The notes under the pieces are model-generated. The model searched no databases, was not told the DNA's origin, and saw only the letters and a list, made by a program, of their open reading frames with translations. DNA of 64,000 nucleotides from assembly GCA_973895155.1 (NCBI GenBank), contig OZ316897.1, forward strand, positions 16,970,058 to 17,034,057, read 5' to 3'. Positions within the stretch are counted from its first letter, which is position 1; every line of letters starts with the position of its first letter. Origin of the DNA: Marsupella aquatica. Lineage: Eukaryota; Plantae; Marchantiophyta. The translations under genes were made by a program, and so were the position numbers. Shown here in pieces: positions 27,674-39,700 of this stretch.

Positions 27674-28993
27674 GGTCCACAATGGGGCCCGAATGTGTAT
27701 ACACTTAAGAGGGGCCCGGTTCACATATTCGACTACCGTTGCATAGGGCCCATATTTTCCCAATTTCTTTGCTGCCGCCACATGTCATCTACATAAGGTT
27801 GAGGGCCCGGCATACACATCAGACCGTCGATCCGGCAAGGACACCACAGCATGTCAGCAGAGGAGCCGGGAGGTAGCAGCACATCGCCACCAACACCCAG
27901 GTACGATTTACGGAGTGATCCATGACCATTGGTGCCAATTTCATTGGAGCCTCGGCAATTTTGACGACGTCAGCAGACAATAGCAGCACCCACACCACGC
28001 AATCCTTCTGCTACATTTGGCGGTCGCTTCACCACTACTCCAAAGCCTGCTATCACTTCATTGCCATTTACCCCTTCTACATCCATGGTTGTTCCTGCTT
28101 CACCGACATACAGCATGGATGCCAGCCACTCATCTGGCCGCATTGAGCGCTTCAGCGGGCGGCCAGGCACTGTCTCTTTACGTGAGTTCAAATCCACTTT
28201 CTACACTGTCGTTTACGAATTGGAGTTGAAGTACGGCAGCAATTTCACAAATGCTTTTGCATTTAAGCAGATAGCCAGGTATGTGCACCATGAGGCTTTG
28301 GATGTGTATGAGCAGCACTCTCAACGGCTGCTTGCTGTCACCCAATTGCCTAACCCTGCCTATGCCACTACAATTGCAGCTGCCTCACAACTGGCATTAT
28401 AGAATGCCATTGCAGCCCATGCTGCTACTCCTACCACTTCCCCTCCTACTCCAGTTCCCACCACTGCACCAGTTACTCCCAAGTCTGTCTTGGCACAGGC
28501 TACATCAGGCATTTCTCCCACCTTTGATTCTCCTGCCTTCGCTGATCCAGTGACTGAGTTTTTCCAGGTTCTTGAATTGGAATTCCCAATCAAGAGTGCT
28601 GATAAAATCATGCAGTTGGCCACCTTTGTGAGGCAACGCGATGAAACATTGAAGATGATGTATCGCCGGCTTCTCAAGCTGAAGGAGGACACCCAGAGCA
28701 TCACTGACCTGGAAGCTGCTCATCGCTATCTTCGCGCATTGGAGGGCACACCAGCTCTCCATTCGCAAGTGTTGCAACAAGTATTCTCAGAGTTTGGAGA
28801 CAGCTACACCCTGCTCAATGTCTATGACACTATTGAGAAACTTGAGTTGGCCCATGCACATTATGAGGCCAGTATTGCACGTCCACCGTGATCCAGGTAC
28901 CAGGCTACTGCTCCTACAATGGCCACCCCTTCCCGTGTGCCATAGTATGCTTACAAGACCAAACCAGCACATGCTGCTTTCATGCTGCCATCT

Positions 28994-29101
28994 TGCAACT
29001 ATTGTGGCAATCCTAATCACAAGGCTAATGAATGTGATATTGTTGCTGAGGACCTGTCTTGTGATTTTTGCAGGAAAGTGGGCCACTTGGAGGCAGTTTG
29101 T
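28994..29101 (+). other. Element 1 Gag nucleocapsid: two CCHC zinc knuckles
   Basis: Manual translation: CNYCGNPNHKANEC and CDFCRKVGHLEAVC (C-X2-C-X4-H-X4-C). Confidence 0.9.
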
Positions 29102-30239
29102 TTTGCCAAATTCCCAGGGAGGAAGCAGCTACGACAATAGGCCACTCATCCTGCTCCTGTTTCCCCTCCCCCACCAGCTAGGAGGGCTCCTACTGCATCA
29201 GTTGCTCCTCCTTCCAATGGCAAAGCAACCAGTGCCAACAAATTGCCCAAGCAACAACATAAGCCACCAGCTCAGAAGGAGGCTCACAACGCACAGGCAA
29301 CTCAACTCCAGTCTCTGACTCATGAGGTTGAGTCCCTACGTGCCCAACTTGCCAACATCAAAGGCAAGTCAACTTCCTCTGCTGGTCCTTCTCAACCGGC
29401 TGGTCACATGCAACCCATCCCTGGCCCAGGCACCACTGACAGTTCAGCACCTCTACCCCGCTCTTTCTATGGCTTGCCATTTGATGCTCATATGGGTGAG
29501 TGTGTGCTGTCCTCTGCTCCACAGCCTGGCCTTACAGCAGAATTTTCAGATTCATTCTGCCCTTCCTATTTTGCTTACCAGCAGGCCAGTGCTGCCTCCC
29601 GTATTGCTCCCACATGCTGCATTGTACAGGCTGATGGTCTTGCTGCTGGTCCTATGACTAGAGCTAGGGGAGCTCGGGCTGTCTTGCCCCAATCTTTTCA
29701 ACCACTCACACTTGTTGAAGAGCGCACCTTGTTGGCGAGGGGGGAGGGAGCTGCAGCTACATCCATTCCACCACCAAGTGCTGCTAACATTTCACAGGGA
29801 GTTGTTTCTCCTAAGCTGCTTGAGCATTTCACCTCCGGTATGGCACAAAGGATCCTTACAACTCCACTTTTCAGTTGCCATGATTTACAACTGGATGCTA
29901 GAGCTGTCATCAGAGCGCTAGAGGGCTCACTGCATTCTTCATCAGCCCCTGTGACACCGGTTTTGGAGGTCCAATCTTACGTACATACTGGACCTTCTTC
30001 TTCTCCTTTACATGTTTCCACTGGTTTGACTGCCCCAGTACCGATTGCTGCTGATTGTGTGACCAGAGCTACACTTGATTCTGGTCATGCTGCTCCATCT
30101 TTCCTGGCTATGTTGTTGAGTGGAAAGACCGTGGACACTAACTCCCTTCACAAGGTACCTCATCATTTGCCGAGAGTGGTGCCTAGTGACAGGACTTCAG
30201 TTTCCACCACCATTGCCATTGTTGACAACAGGAATTTAG

Positions 30240-30600
30240 TGGTTAAGTTGGAGGGTCACACTCCTCAGGTGGTCATGCTAGACACAGGTGCTCAACCAGT
30301 GATATTGGGAATTCAGTTTGCCAAGAAGATAGGACTGTTGACTGATCATTTACAGCAATCCAAGTGGCACATTCGGACTGCTAGTGGCACTGTGGAGGAT
30401 GTGCTGGGTGAGAGTTCTACTTTACTCACTCTCACTTTTAATGGAGGTACAGATCAGGAACTGCATTTCTCAGTTAGATGTTTGGTTACCAATGCCACTA
30501 CGTATGATGTGCTCATTGGCCAGGAGGCTTTGTTCCCACCAGGTTTTACCATTGACAATTGGCATGAGCATGCATACTACAGAGTTGATTGGCATACTGA
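30240..30600 (+). other. Element 1 retropepsin-type aspartic protease domain (approximate limits)
   Basis: VMLDTGAQPVILG ... IRTASG ... YDVLIG in ORF 29243-32152. Confidence 0.88.
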
Positions 30601-30943
30601 TGGCTCACACTTGGGCTACATTCCACTTGATTTCCATGGTGCCCATACACCTATGGCTCACCACTGTGTGTTGAAAGCAGTGCACACAGCTACCTATGTC
30701 AACCACCCATTGCAAGATTGGATTGAGGAGGATGACGATGAGGTGGCTGTTGCACATGCTGTTGCACGTATAGCAGCACTTTCCAGCAACGTGGATCATC
30801 AACCAGAGGTGGTACAACGGCTCCAAGCAGCCCATGGACCTTTGGTGGTTGCATTGCGCAAGTTTGAAGACCTTGGGCAGCACAATGGACAGCCAATAGC
30901 CCCAATCTTGAGCACACTAGTTACATGGACTCCTGCTCCAGAT

Positions 30944-31900
30944 GGCCTTACATTGCTTGAGCTTTTTGGTGGCATTTCTATAGGCCTGGAAGCTCTCCTA
31001 CAGTCTGGCATGGTGGTGAAGCAGTACATCTATGTGGATATTGATCCAGGTGCAAGGCAAGTGGTTGAATCCCGTCTGCTGGAATTTTCAGGGCGATTTC
31101 CTCAGCAGTTTCCACACAGTGCATGGAAGTCTGCATTTTCTTTCTTTCCTCCAGATATCCAGCTCTTTCCTCCAGATATCCAGCATCGGCACTTAACCCT
31201 TCTTGGCTCCCTTGATTTGATCATAGCTGGTTGGGAATGCCAAGGGTTTTCAGCTGCTGGTCACAGTGCTGGACTGCATGATTCTCGTTCTGGCCTTTTC
31301 ACAGCATTGGTTCAGATTCTCACCTGGGCTCAATCCCTTTATCCTGCTGTTGGTTATATCATTGAGAATACTCCATCTCAGTTTGACCAGCGACCACAGG
31401 TCAAAGAGGATTTTAGTGTGGTCCAGCACTACTTGGGACCAGCCGTTCTCATTGATGCAGTGCACTGTGGTTCTTATGCACATCGTCTTCGTAAATTTTG
31501 GACTAACCTTACACCACCTTCCTTGTTGGAGTTAGCTCTTCACCACACATCCAGGGACACTAACCTCACAGTGGACCAGATTTTGGATCCTGACAGTTCT
31601 TGCCAACCAGTTACACGGCAAGAGCCAACACCTTGGTATCCAGCCAATACCATTGGACAGCCATGTGCTGCTTGGCCTACATTTGTATCCTTTCCAGGTG
31701 CACATGCCTTTCAGGGTGATGGTCCTGGCCTGGTTTATCGACATTCTACCGGTACTTGGGATGAACCTAGTCCTGAGGAGAGAGAATGGGCTATGGGCTT
31801 CCAATCCGGTACTACAGGTCACACCCAGATCACCAGGCTGGCCAGGAATGCTTTACTTGGCAGGGTAATGGATCTTAATGCTCTCACTTGGCTTCTGGTC
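30944..31900 (+). other. Element 1 C5 DNA (cytosine-5) methyltransferase domain, DNMT3-like
   Basis: Motif I LELFGGISIG, II YVDID, IV DLIIAGWECQG (P of PC replaced by E), VI IIENT, VIII AHRLRKFWTNL, IX EEREWAMGF, X LLGRVMD, in canonical order. Confidence 0.9.
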
Positions 31901-32249
31901 ACTTGCATCATTTTTCAGATGTACATTCATCCAGCATCTGGAGTTCCAGCTCTACCACTCCATGGTGCTGCTACATGGCATCCCGACCAGGTGCACTTAC
32001 CTCTATTCAACACGCACCGCTTCAGTCCAAGTGTTGGGGGGGAGGAGGTCCCTTGTAATGTGGCTGATATTATTTCTGAGTTTCATGGTGTGGACCAACC
32101 CAGATCAGCAGGTACAACAGGCCTTGGAGAGGCCTCATCACCTTATCAGTAGCATGCTAGCAGCTTGGACAGTGGAGAGGCTAGCACTTCTAGCTCTTCA
32201 AGTACGAGTACATCAGGTCCTATTCCTAGTGTTTCCAACTACACATTCA

Positions 32250-33290
32250 TCATGGGCAACCACCTGAGTAAAAGACAGAAGGACCAGCTGCTGAATTTGC
32301 TCCTCAAGCATGAGAATGTGTTTGCTTTCTCTATGAAGGACTTGGGTAAGTGCAAGACTATGCAGTTCTCCATTGAGTTGGCTGATGAAACACCTATCTT
32401 CAGGCGGAGACACCGTTTGAGTAAGCATGAGTGGCAGTTGGTGGATGAGAGGTGCCAAGAGTTATATGCAGCTGGTCTTATTCAGCCATCTACATCAGAT
32501 TTTGCAGCAGCTATAGTGATGCCAGCAAAGAAGGATTCCAGTGGATTGTGGACAGAGAAGCGCATGTGTGGGGACTACAGGCCACTGAACCTGGTCGCAC
32601 CCCAGGACAGGTACCCCATGCCACGGCCAGAGGAGCTATTTGACAGCATTGAAGACTCAGACATCTTCACTCTTGTGGATCTAAGGCAAGGCTTTAACCA
32701 GATTTTGCTGCTTGCAAAGGACCGCAAGAAAACAACATTCCATGGCAGTAACCAACTATGGGAGTGGTTGGTGATGCCATGTGGCTTGAAGAATGCGCCC
32801 ATATTCTTTCAAAGAGTCATGGACCAGGTTCTTCAAGGTGCTGAGTTTCTGAAATGCTACATTGATGATGTGTTGGTCCACAACAAAGGATTTGACCAGC
32901 ATCTACTTGACCTTGAGGAGCTATTCATGAGGCTTAAGAAGGTGAACCTAAAGATACACCCCAAGAAGTGTGAATTTGCTGTCAGATCAGTAGTATATCT
33001 TGGGCATCGCATTCTTCCAAATGGAACTATGGCTCACTGGGCCAAGGTGGTATCCATCTTGGAAATGCCCACTCTTACTGATGTTCACACTCTTAGGAGC
33101 TTTATTGGGTTGTGCAATTACTACCGGATCTACATCAAAGATTTCAGTACCATTGCACACCCATTGTATGCTTTGTTGAAAAAGAATGTGACTTGGACAT
33201 GGAGTACAGATGCTCAGGTAGCATTTGCCACTTTGAAGGAGAAGCTCTCAGAACACCCGGTGCTGAGAAGACCTGATTTCAGCAAGGTCT
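32250..33290 (+). other. Element 1 reverse transcriptase
   Basis: KRMCGDYRPLN, LVDLRQGFNQI, MPCGLKNAP, YIDDVLV, YLGH, LRSFIGLCNYYR. Confidence 0.97.
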
Positions 33291-33650
33291 TTGTGCTACA
33301 CAGATTGGAGTGCCCTTGGGATTGGTGCCATTCTGGGCCAGCATGATGAGGAAGGTAAAGAGTACGTCATTGCATATGCATCCAGGAGCAACAATCAGGC
33401 AGAGAGTCATTATTCTTCTTATGAGGGTGAATGCCTTGCTGTTGTGTGGGCTGTCATACATTACAGGCCCTACCTCTATGGGACCAGGTTTGTTCTCTAC
33501 ACAGACCACCAGCCCTTGAAGTGGTTGATGACCAACGACAAGCTTACTGGCAAGCTTGCTCGTTGGGCGCTCATACTCCAGGAGTATGATTTTGAGGTAA
33601 TTCATAGGCCTGGTGTGACACATCAAAATGCTGACACTATGTCCCACAGC
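33291..33650 (+). other. Element 1 RNase H
   Basis: TDWSALGIGAIL, AYASRS, EGECLAVVWAV, TDHQPL, LARWALILQEYDF. Confidence 0.95.
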
Positions 33651-33969
33651 CCTTTGATTGCCTCTGATGATTCCTCAGATGCACGGCAGGATTTTGACCA
33701 GGTTTCCATCCTGCCTACATTTCATGCATCTACCTATCTTGCTTTGCTGCCATGCTACGTTGTTGACCAACCTGTGGTGGACATATGGGAGGACAACGAC
33801 ACTCTGAGATTTCTGCAGCATGGGGAGTACCCCACCCATGTTACTGCTGCCCAGAGAGACCGAATTCAGCAAAGGTCCAAGCGCTACTTGTGGAAGGGAG
33901 ATCATCTTGTGCGCTGCTTGCCAGATAGGGAAGTGGTGGTTCCACCCATTCATGAGAGGGTTGGCTTTA

Positions 33970-35020
33970 TCCGTAAGGTACATTTTGAGCTTGGTCATTT
34001 TGGCGTTAAGAGGACTTACAGCCTCTTGGTCCCTCATTATCAGTGGAGAGGCATGCATGGCCAGGTTCGAGATGTTATTGCCCGGTGTGAGCAGTGTGAT
34101 AGGGTAAGGACTTCTTTCACATCTCGGCAACCCACACTTCATCCACTCCCTATTCAGGGCATGTTTTATTGTTGGTCATGTGATTTGGCTAGAGAATTAC
34201 CCCTCACATCTCGGGGTAATCTCTACATCATGATCATGATAGAGCATTTCTCCAAGTGGATAGAACTTGTGGCATTGCCAGATAAGACCTCCCGTAGCAC
34301 CAGCCAGGCATTCCTGCAATAAGTTCTCAGTCGCTTTGGAGCTTGTGCAGAATGTCTCACTGACCAGGGCTCAGAGTTTAGAGGAGAGTTCTAGGAGCTG
34401 CTTGATCAGACCCTCATTGATCATCGCCGGACATCACGAGATCACCCACAGGCAGATGGCTTGGCAGAGCGCATGGTTCAGACATGCAAGAAGGGTCTCC
34501 GGAAGATTTGCCTCACCAAAAACAAGGAGGATTGGGACCTGGCCTTACCCTACATTGCCATGGGGTATAGGATGTCCAGACATGCATCACTGTCTAACTT
34601 TTCTCTCTACTTCTTGTTGTTTGGTCGTCACCCAGTTCCACCTTCTGCTATTGCTGCTCACATGCTTCAGGTGGTAGAATTGGATTCAGCTGTGACTTGG
34701 TCTGATGTGATCTCTGAGAGGGCTGCCCTATTCAGGAGGGTTATGCCCATGGCCATAGAGAATTTGGCCATCGCACAGCACAGGGACACACTGCGTTATG
34801 CACACACACGAGGGGGCACTTTTCAGCCCAAGGTCAGGAAGTTTGAAGTGGGAGATTTTATGTACTTGTAACGGCAAGCTAACGACACCCTGGACACCTC
34901 TACCAGTCGTACTATTCTCAGGGTTAAAGCTATTCGACCGTCTGGAGTGCTAGAGTTACAAGGGGCAGATGGGCGCACAATTGCTGACAATGCCAAGAAT
35001 TGCGCCCCTTGTCATCTGCC
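33970..35020 (+). other. Element 1 DDE integrase
   Basis: HHCC zinc motif (H..ELGH...CEQC), then WSCD, LTDQGSEF and DGLAER. Internal stops at 34320, about 34392 and 34869. Confidence 0.93.
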
Positions 35021-35146
35021 TAACCTGGATCCCACCATTGTGACTTCTACCTGGATTCCACCTGTGGACTACCCTTGCAAAGTGTGTTTGCGAATTGATG
35101 ATGCTGACCAGATGCTGTTGTGTGACAATTGCAATGGAGGGTACCA

Positions 35147-35474
35147 TGTCACACCATTCTGAGTAGTGTAGTAGTATATCGTGCTATTAGAGTATGTATG
35201 TTTGGTATGAGTGCTATTGGAGCCGATAAGGTTCCGTCAAGTTTGTGTGAGAGGGTACTTCTCACTTGTGAGGCATTGAAAGGTCATCTTTCAATGTTGA
35301 GCCTTGGAGAGAGAGGAGCTTGAGTGGCCATGGTGGCTGTGAGCTCCGCTTGTGTCACGTGGATTCCTTGAGTAGTGCAAGGTGCGTTGGCTTGACATAC
35401 GTGTGTGATCGGATCGGTGCGGGATCGATGGGGTATTGTTGACCGGGATCGTTGTGCCGATTGTATTGAGATTA
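35147..35474 (+). repeat. Element 2 terminal repeat A1 (328 bp)
   Basis: Matches 44277-44604 (about 9 differences by eye) and the first part of 5421-5890. Confidence 0.95.
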
Positions 35475-35744
35475 CATTGAAAGATCACATTTGAAATCTG
35501 TTGTACAGACTGTGCGGACAGAAGTTCGATTGATTGAGTTGTCGACGGTTCGTGGTAGCTCGGATCGTGTGTTGTTATCGAACAGATCGTTGGTATCTTG
35601 ACCTGTATCGTTGTTGTCTGATCGGCCTGCTTCCCGATCGATGTACAGATCTGTGATTGGTGACAGGTTTTGAGTTGGAGGTTGATTGATGATTCGTGGA
35701 GGAAAGCAAATGTTGAGTAGATGTTGGATAGTGGAAGTCGATCC

Positions 35745-35834
35745 GTGGGGCTTCAGATCCGATTGCCGACTACTGTGAGGCTTCAGATCTGATTGTCGGC
35801 TATTGTGGGGCTTCAGATCTGATTGCTGGCTATT
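35745..35834. repeat. 30-bp tandem repeat x3 in the element 2 leader
   Basis: GTGGGGCTTCAGATC(C/T)GATTG... occurs three times in tandem. Confidence 0.85.
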
Positions 35835-37218
35835 GTTGGACGATGTTGGCAAGGCGCAGGTGAAGCGACGGCTTTTTTCATGAAGGAACGGAGCTGCCAA
35901 TGCCCCGTGCGGCGGTATCATCGTTTCCGTGAAAGAAATGAGGGTCAAAGGTGTTGAATCAAGCTGCTGCCAATTCTGTGGAAGGGCTATGTTTTTCATG
36001 AAGGAAATCGACAGTTTTCAGGAGCTTTTCGTGAAGGAAGTAGTCGTTTTTGGGGTCAGGTGTGAGGCACATGAGGTCACCCATCCCGAAAGTGCTCGCG
36101 CGAGGCGACGCGTGAGGTCACCCATTCCGAAAGTGCTTCCAACCGCGAGTGCAGGCAAGCGCGAGGTCAAGGTCACCCATCCCAGAGCTATTCCAAGTCG
36201 TGAGCGCGAGGGGAAGCACGACGTCAAGCGCGAGGAGGTCACCCATCCCGGGGCTATTCCCAGCCGCAAGCGCTTAACTGGCAAGTTCTCATCCCACCTT
36301 GTGTACACACAAGTTTTCACAACTTGTTGTTTAGATTCAAACGCCAGGGGGCTTTATACACTTTCCAGTTTGCTTAGAGCCTTGTTTCGGGCCAAATCAA
36401 AGGCCCAGGAGTTTGATCATCCAAGAGTTTGATACGTGGTGCGATATGCAGACATTACGTAATGCCACGTTGTTTACCCCTTTCATGGCATGGAAGAGAT
36501 TATTTCAACATTTGGATGAGCCACCCATGGATGACTACCATGAGTTTTGGAAGGCTCATTTGGTTGAGATTGAGGCATGGAGGCAGCATTGGTCGCCTAA
36601 TTACGTGTCCATCACCTATGGCACTAGTGCGGCTGCCCAACCCACTGCCACAGCTGCTGCTTCTTCTAGCAGCACTAGCCAGAGTGGCACACCATCCACC
36701 AGCAGCACTCCAGCAGCATCCACCGCTACTCCTGCCGGTGTGATTGTGACAGGAGCTGGAGTTGCTCTAGCATTTAATCCTGTGGTGGAATTCTTTGAGG
36801 TACTGAAGCAGAACTATCAGGGTGTAAGAACTGATAAGTTGAAGGGTCTCCAGGAGTTCCAGCGCAAGACTGGAGAGAGTCTACGTGAGGCATACACTCG
36901 TATGCGTAGATTGATCACTGTCACCAAGGGAGTGACAGAGGCTCAAGCAGTCCAGTTTTGGTATGCAATTCTAGACAGAGAATTGCGACGCAGAGTGAGA
37001 GATGTCACTCTGCTTAGGGATGCAGATCCCACATTAGCAGTTGTTTTCACCCTTTCTGAGCGTATTGAGCTCAATATGGTGAATGAGAAGGTGGTGACTT
37101 CCGGATTTGCCAAGGAAGCACCAAAGGCTGCATCTACATCTACACCACAGCCTACTGCACGGAAGAGCCAGAGGGAGAAGCCTATTGCACAAGAGTCTAC
37201 CAGCTAGAGACCTGTGCC

Positions 37219-37911
37219 CCCTGGGCCCTAAGCGTTACTAATATAGGGAGGACGTGCGAACATCGCAAGGGTATTTTTAATGGAATGCAAACTAATTTTT
37301 ATAATAGTTTTTAAAGTAGGCAACATCCTTGTATATATATTCAGCACAATATTAGTAATAAGGCTCTTATCAAATACATGTCACATTAATCTTATGCAAG
37401 GGTACCCAAAATGCCAAGTACACGCGTGACTATATGGTTGGCACACATGTCATCACTTCACTTGCACACATGTTCATATAGTAAATCAGACATTTAATTA
37501 TTTGTCGTCATAAGGCAAGTTTGGTTTCGTGGGCTTTAGGAACACTGAGAGGATAGTGCAGCCATGCTTGTCTGTATACTACAGGAAGAACTATAATTCT
37601 CTGGTACTAATTTTGTTTAACTATATAAAATATGTACCCTAAACAAAGGGCGTAACATACAAGTCCCCTATGCAAAATAAAGTCTTATCTATTTCAGTAT
37701 GATATTTGCAATTTTAAAAATTCAAGGATGTTTTCAATTCCTTGAAAAACTATATTATAATTTACAAAAAGATAAAATTTAATAGGAAAAGTTAATATTT
37801 TTACATTAACAAGGGGATTTTTTTTGTGAACAAAAATATTAAGAAGGGGTACATGGGGGGTGTCTGTTCTCAGGGGGGTTCACTTTATATAGTAAGAGTG
37901 AGGGCCCAGGG
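37219..37911. mobile_element. Non-autonomous DNA transposon (693 bp) inserted in element 2 gag
   Basis: TIR CCCTGGGCCCT / AGGGCCCAGGG (extends imperfectly), 8-bp TSD CCTGTGCC (37211-37218 / 37912-37919), AT-rich interior. Excision restores the gag frame. Confidence 0.92.
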
Positions 37912-39700
37912 CCTGTGCCCTCTTATGCTGGACAACAGTCAGGATGTTAGACCTGTAGTGGGGATCATGCACAGAGATATTGCCCAGATCATAGAGGATC
38001 AGGGGGAGCATCAGCACCTGATCAGCGACAGTGTGATCATTGTGGAGCTCCTGGACACACCAAGGATAGGTGTTTCTCACTCCACCCTGAGTTACGAAGG
38101 GGAGGATCCCGTACACATGATCAGGGAAGAGGAGGAGGAGGTAGAGGTGGTGGACGTGGTCGTGGCATGCCACATGCAGGCAGACAGGGAGGTGACGCTG
38201 CCCCTACTGTAACCATAGATCCAAAGGATGCTAAGATTGCTCAATTGGAGCAACAGCTAGCTGCCATGGCTAGTTCCCAGGTGAGACCTACTTTTGGTGA
38301 TGGGGCATCTACATCCTATGGACCTTCCACATCCCATGGTCCTTCCACATCTTATGGAGCTGATGGAGATCTTGCCACCATGGGATTCATGTGTCACTGC
38401 ACATATTGATGCATCAGAAGCTTTGACACGTGGGGCAGCCAAAGCTCTTGAGCCCCGAGGAGCAGTAGTGGAGCTAGATCCACAGAGGGGGGATGCACGT
38501 CGGCAGACAAAGCTTCCTCAGTCTCTTACATTGTCAGAGACAGTTCAGACTGCCTCTATGAACCCGATTCGGACAAACCCTGGCGTGGGTAAGTTGGCAG
38601 AATCAAGTAGTGATGTAGCAGGGATGACAAGTACCCTGCTGGGGGCGGCTACTACCATAGTACGCACCCCATTATTTTCAGCGACAGACATGCTGAACTT
38701 GGGAGTTGGTCCTGCAGAAGTGCTCAGATTGGTAGCTACACTCTATGAGGACACTCTAGTGGTTGTTTCCCATGCAGAAGCAGCTTGCAGTGTTGAAGTA
38801 GTGAAGACCATGCCACCTACTGCTACTAGTGAGACATGGCATGCAGCAGCGAGGTTGGTGGATTTACCAGCACGCCCTGCATTTGAGAGGACTAGGTTTA
38901 AACCAAGTGTTGTATCATTGGATAATCGGAGTGGTATCTTCCGATTAGTTGGGCCTTTTGGAGCAGTATACCAGCCAGAGAGGGTGTTACTGGATACTGG
39001 TGCTTAGCCCTTGATGTTGGGAAAGTCTGCCATACGTGGATTGGGATTGAGTCCAGAGGATTTGGAGGATTGTCCCTTTCCCATTCAGACTTCATTGGGG
39101 GGACCTACACCTACACAGCACATTACCAGGATACCTCTTGATTTGAGGATTCAGGAAGGTCATACCACATATAGCTCACAGATACAGGCGTGAGCTATTC
39201 TGACTAAGGCAGAGTCATATGATGTGTTGGTGGGATGTACAGTGCTCTACCCCATGGGATTTATTCTTGATTTTTGGGAGGAATCAGTGTCATATAGACC
39301 TGATTGGCAGTTAGGAGATGCTCGATTGAGCAAATTGCCAGTGAGATTTAGTGGACCTGTGGGAGGCCCTAAATCCACACCATTGTCTTTGGCAACATTC
39401 AGTGGTGTAATTGCTGGACCTGATGATTTGATTGAGGGTAATACGCATGCAGCAGATGATCCACCATTGAAGGAGTCTCATGAGGAGCACATCATGCGAG
39501 GATTACCTGTTGGAAGTGTTGTGTCACTAGTGTGGGGCACTGCACAGGCCTTGCCATAGGCAGTAGCACGATTGGTACATGATACATGGCGTCATGCTTT
39601 TACACCACAGTCAGGAGCAGAGCAGTTTCTTGCAGATGGACCTGTGACTCTTTCACCATTGGATACCACTCCTATTGCTTGGCAGTATCCACCAGAGGGT

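Larger units (their letters stand above)
27851..35146 (+). pseudogene. Element 1 gag-pol polyprotein (Gag, protease, C5-MTase, RT, RNase H, integrase, N-half of PHD), disabled
   Basis: ATG 27851 and ORFs at 28061, 28490, 29243 and 32165 share one frame, broken only by stops. One frameshift near 33300 (CTACACAGATTGG where LHTDW is expected). ORFs at 33291, 34461 and 34947 share the second frame. Confidence 0.93.

Noticed and set aside
30944-31900. Host DNMT gene or bacterial restriction-modification contamination
   Set aside because: The domain is intronless, in frame with retro protease and RT, at the same position in both elements, and has no neighbouring endonuclease.
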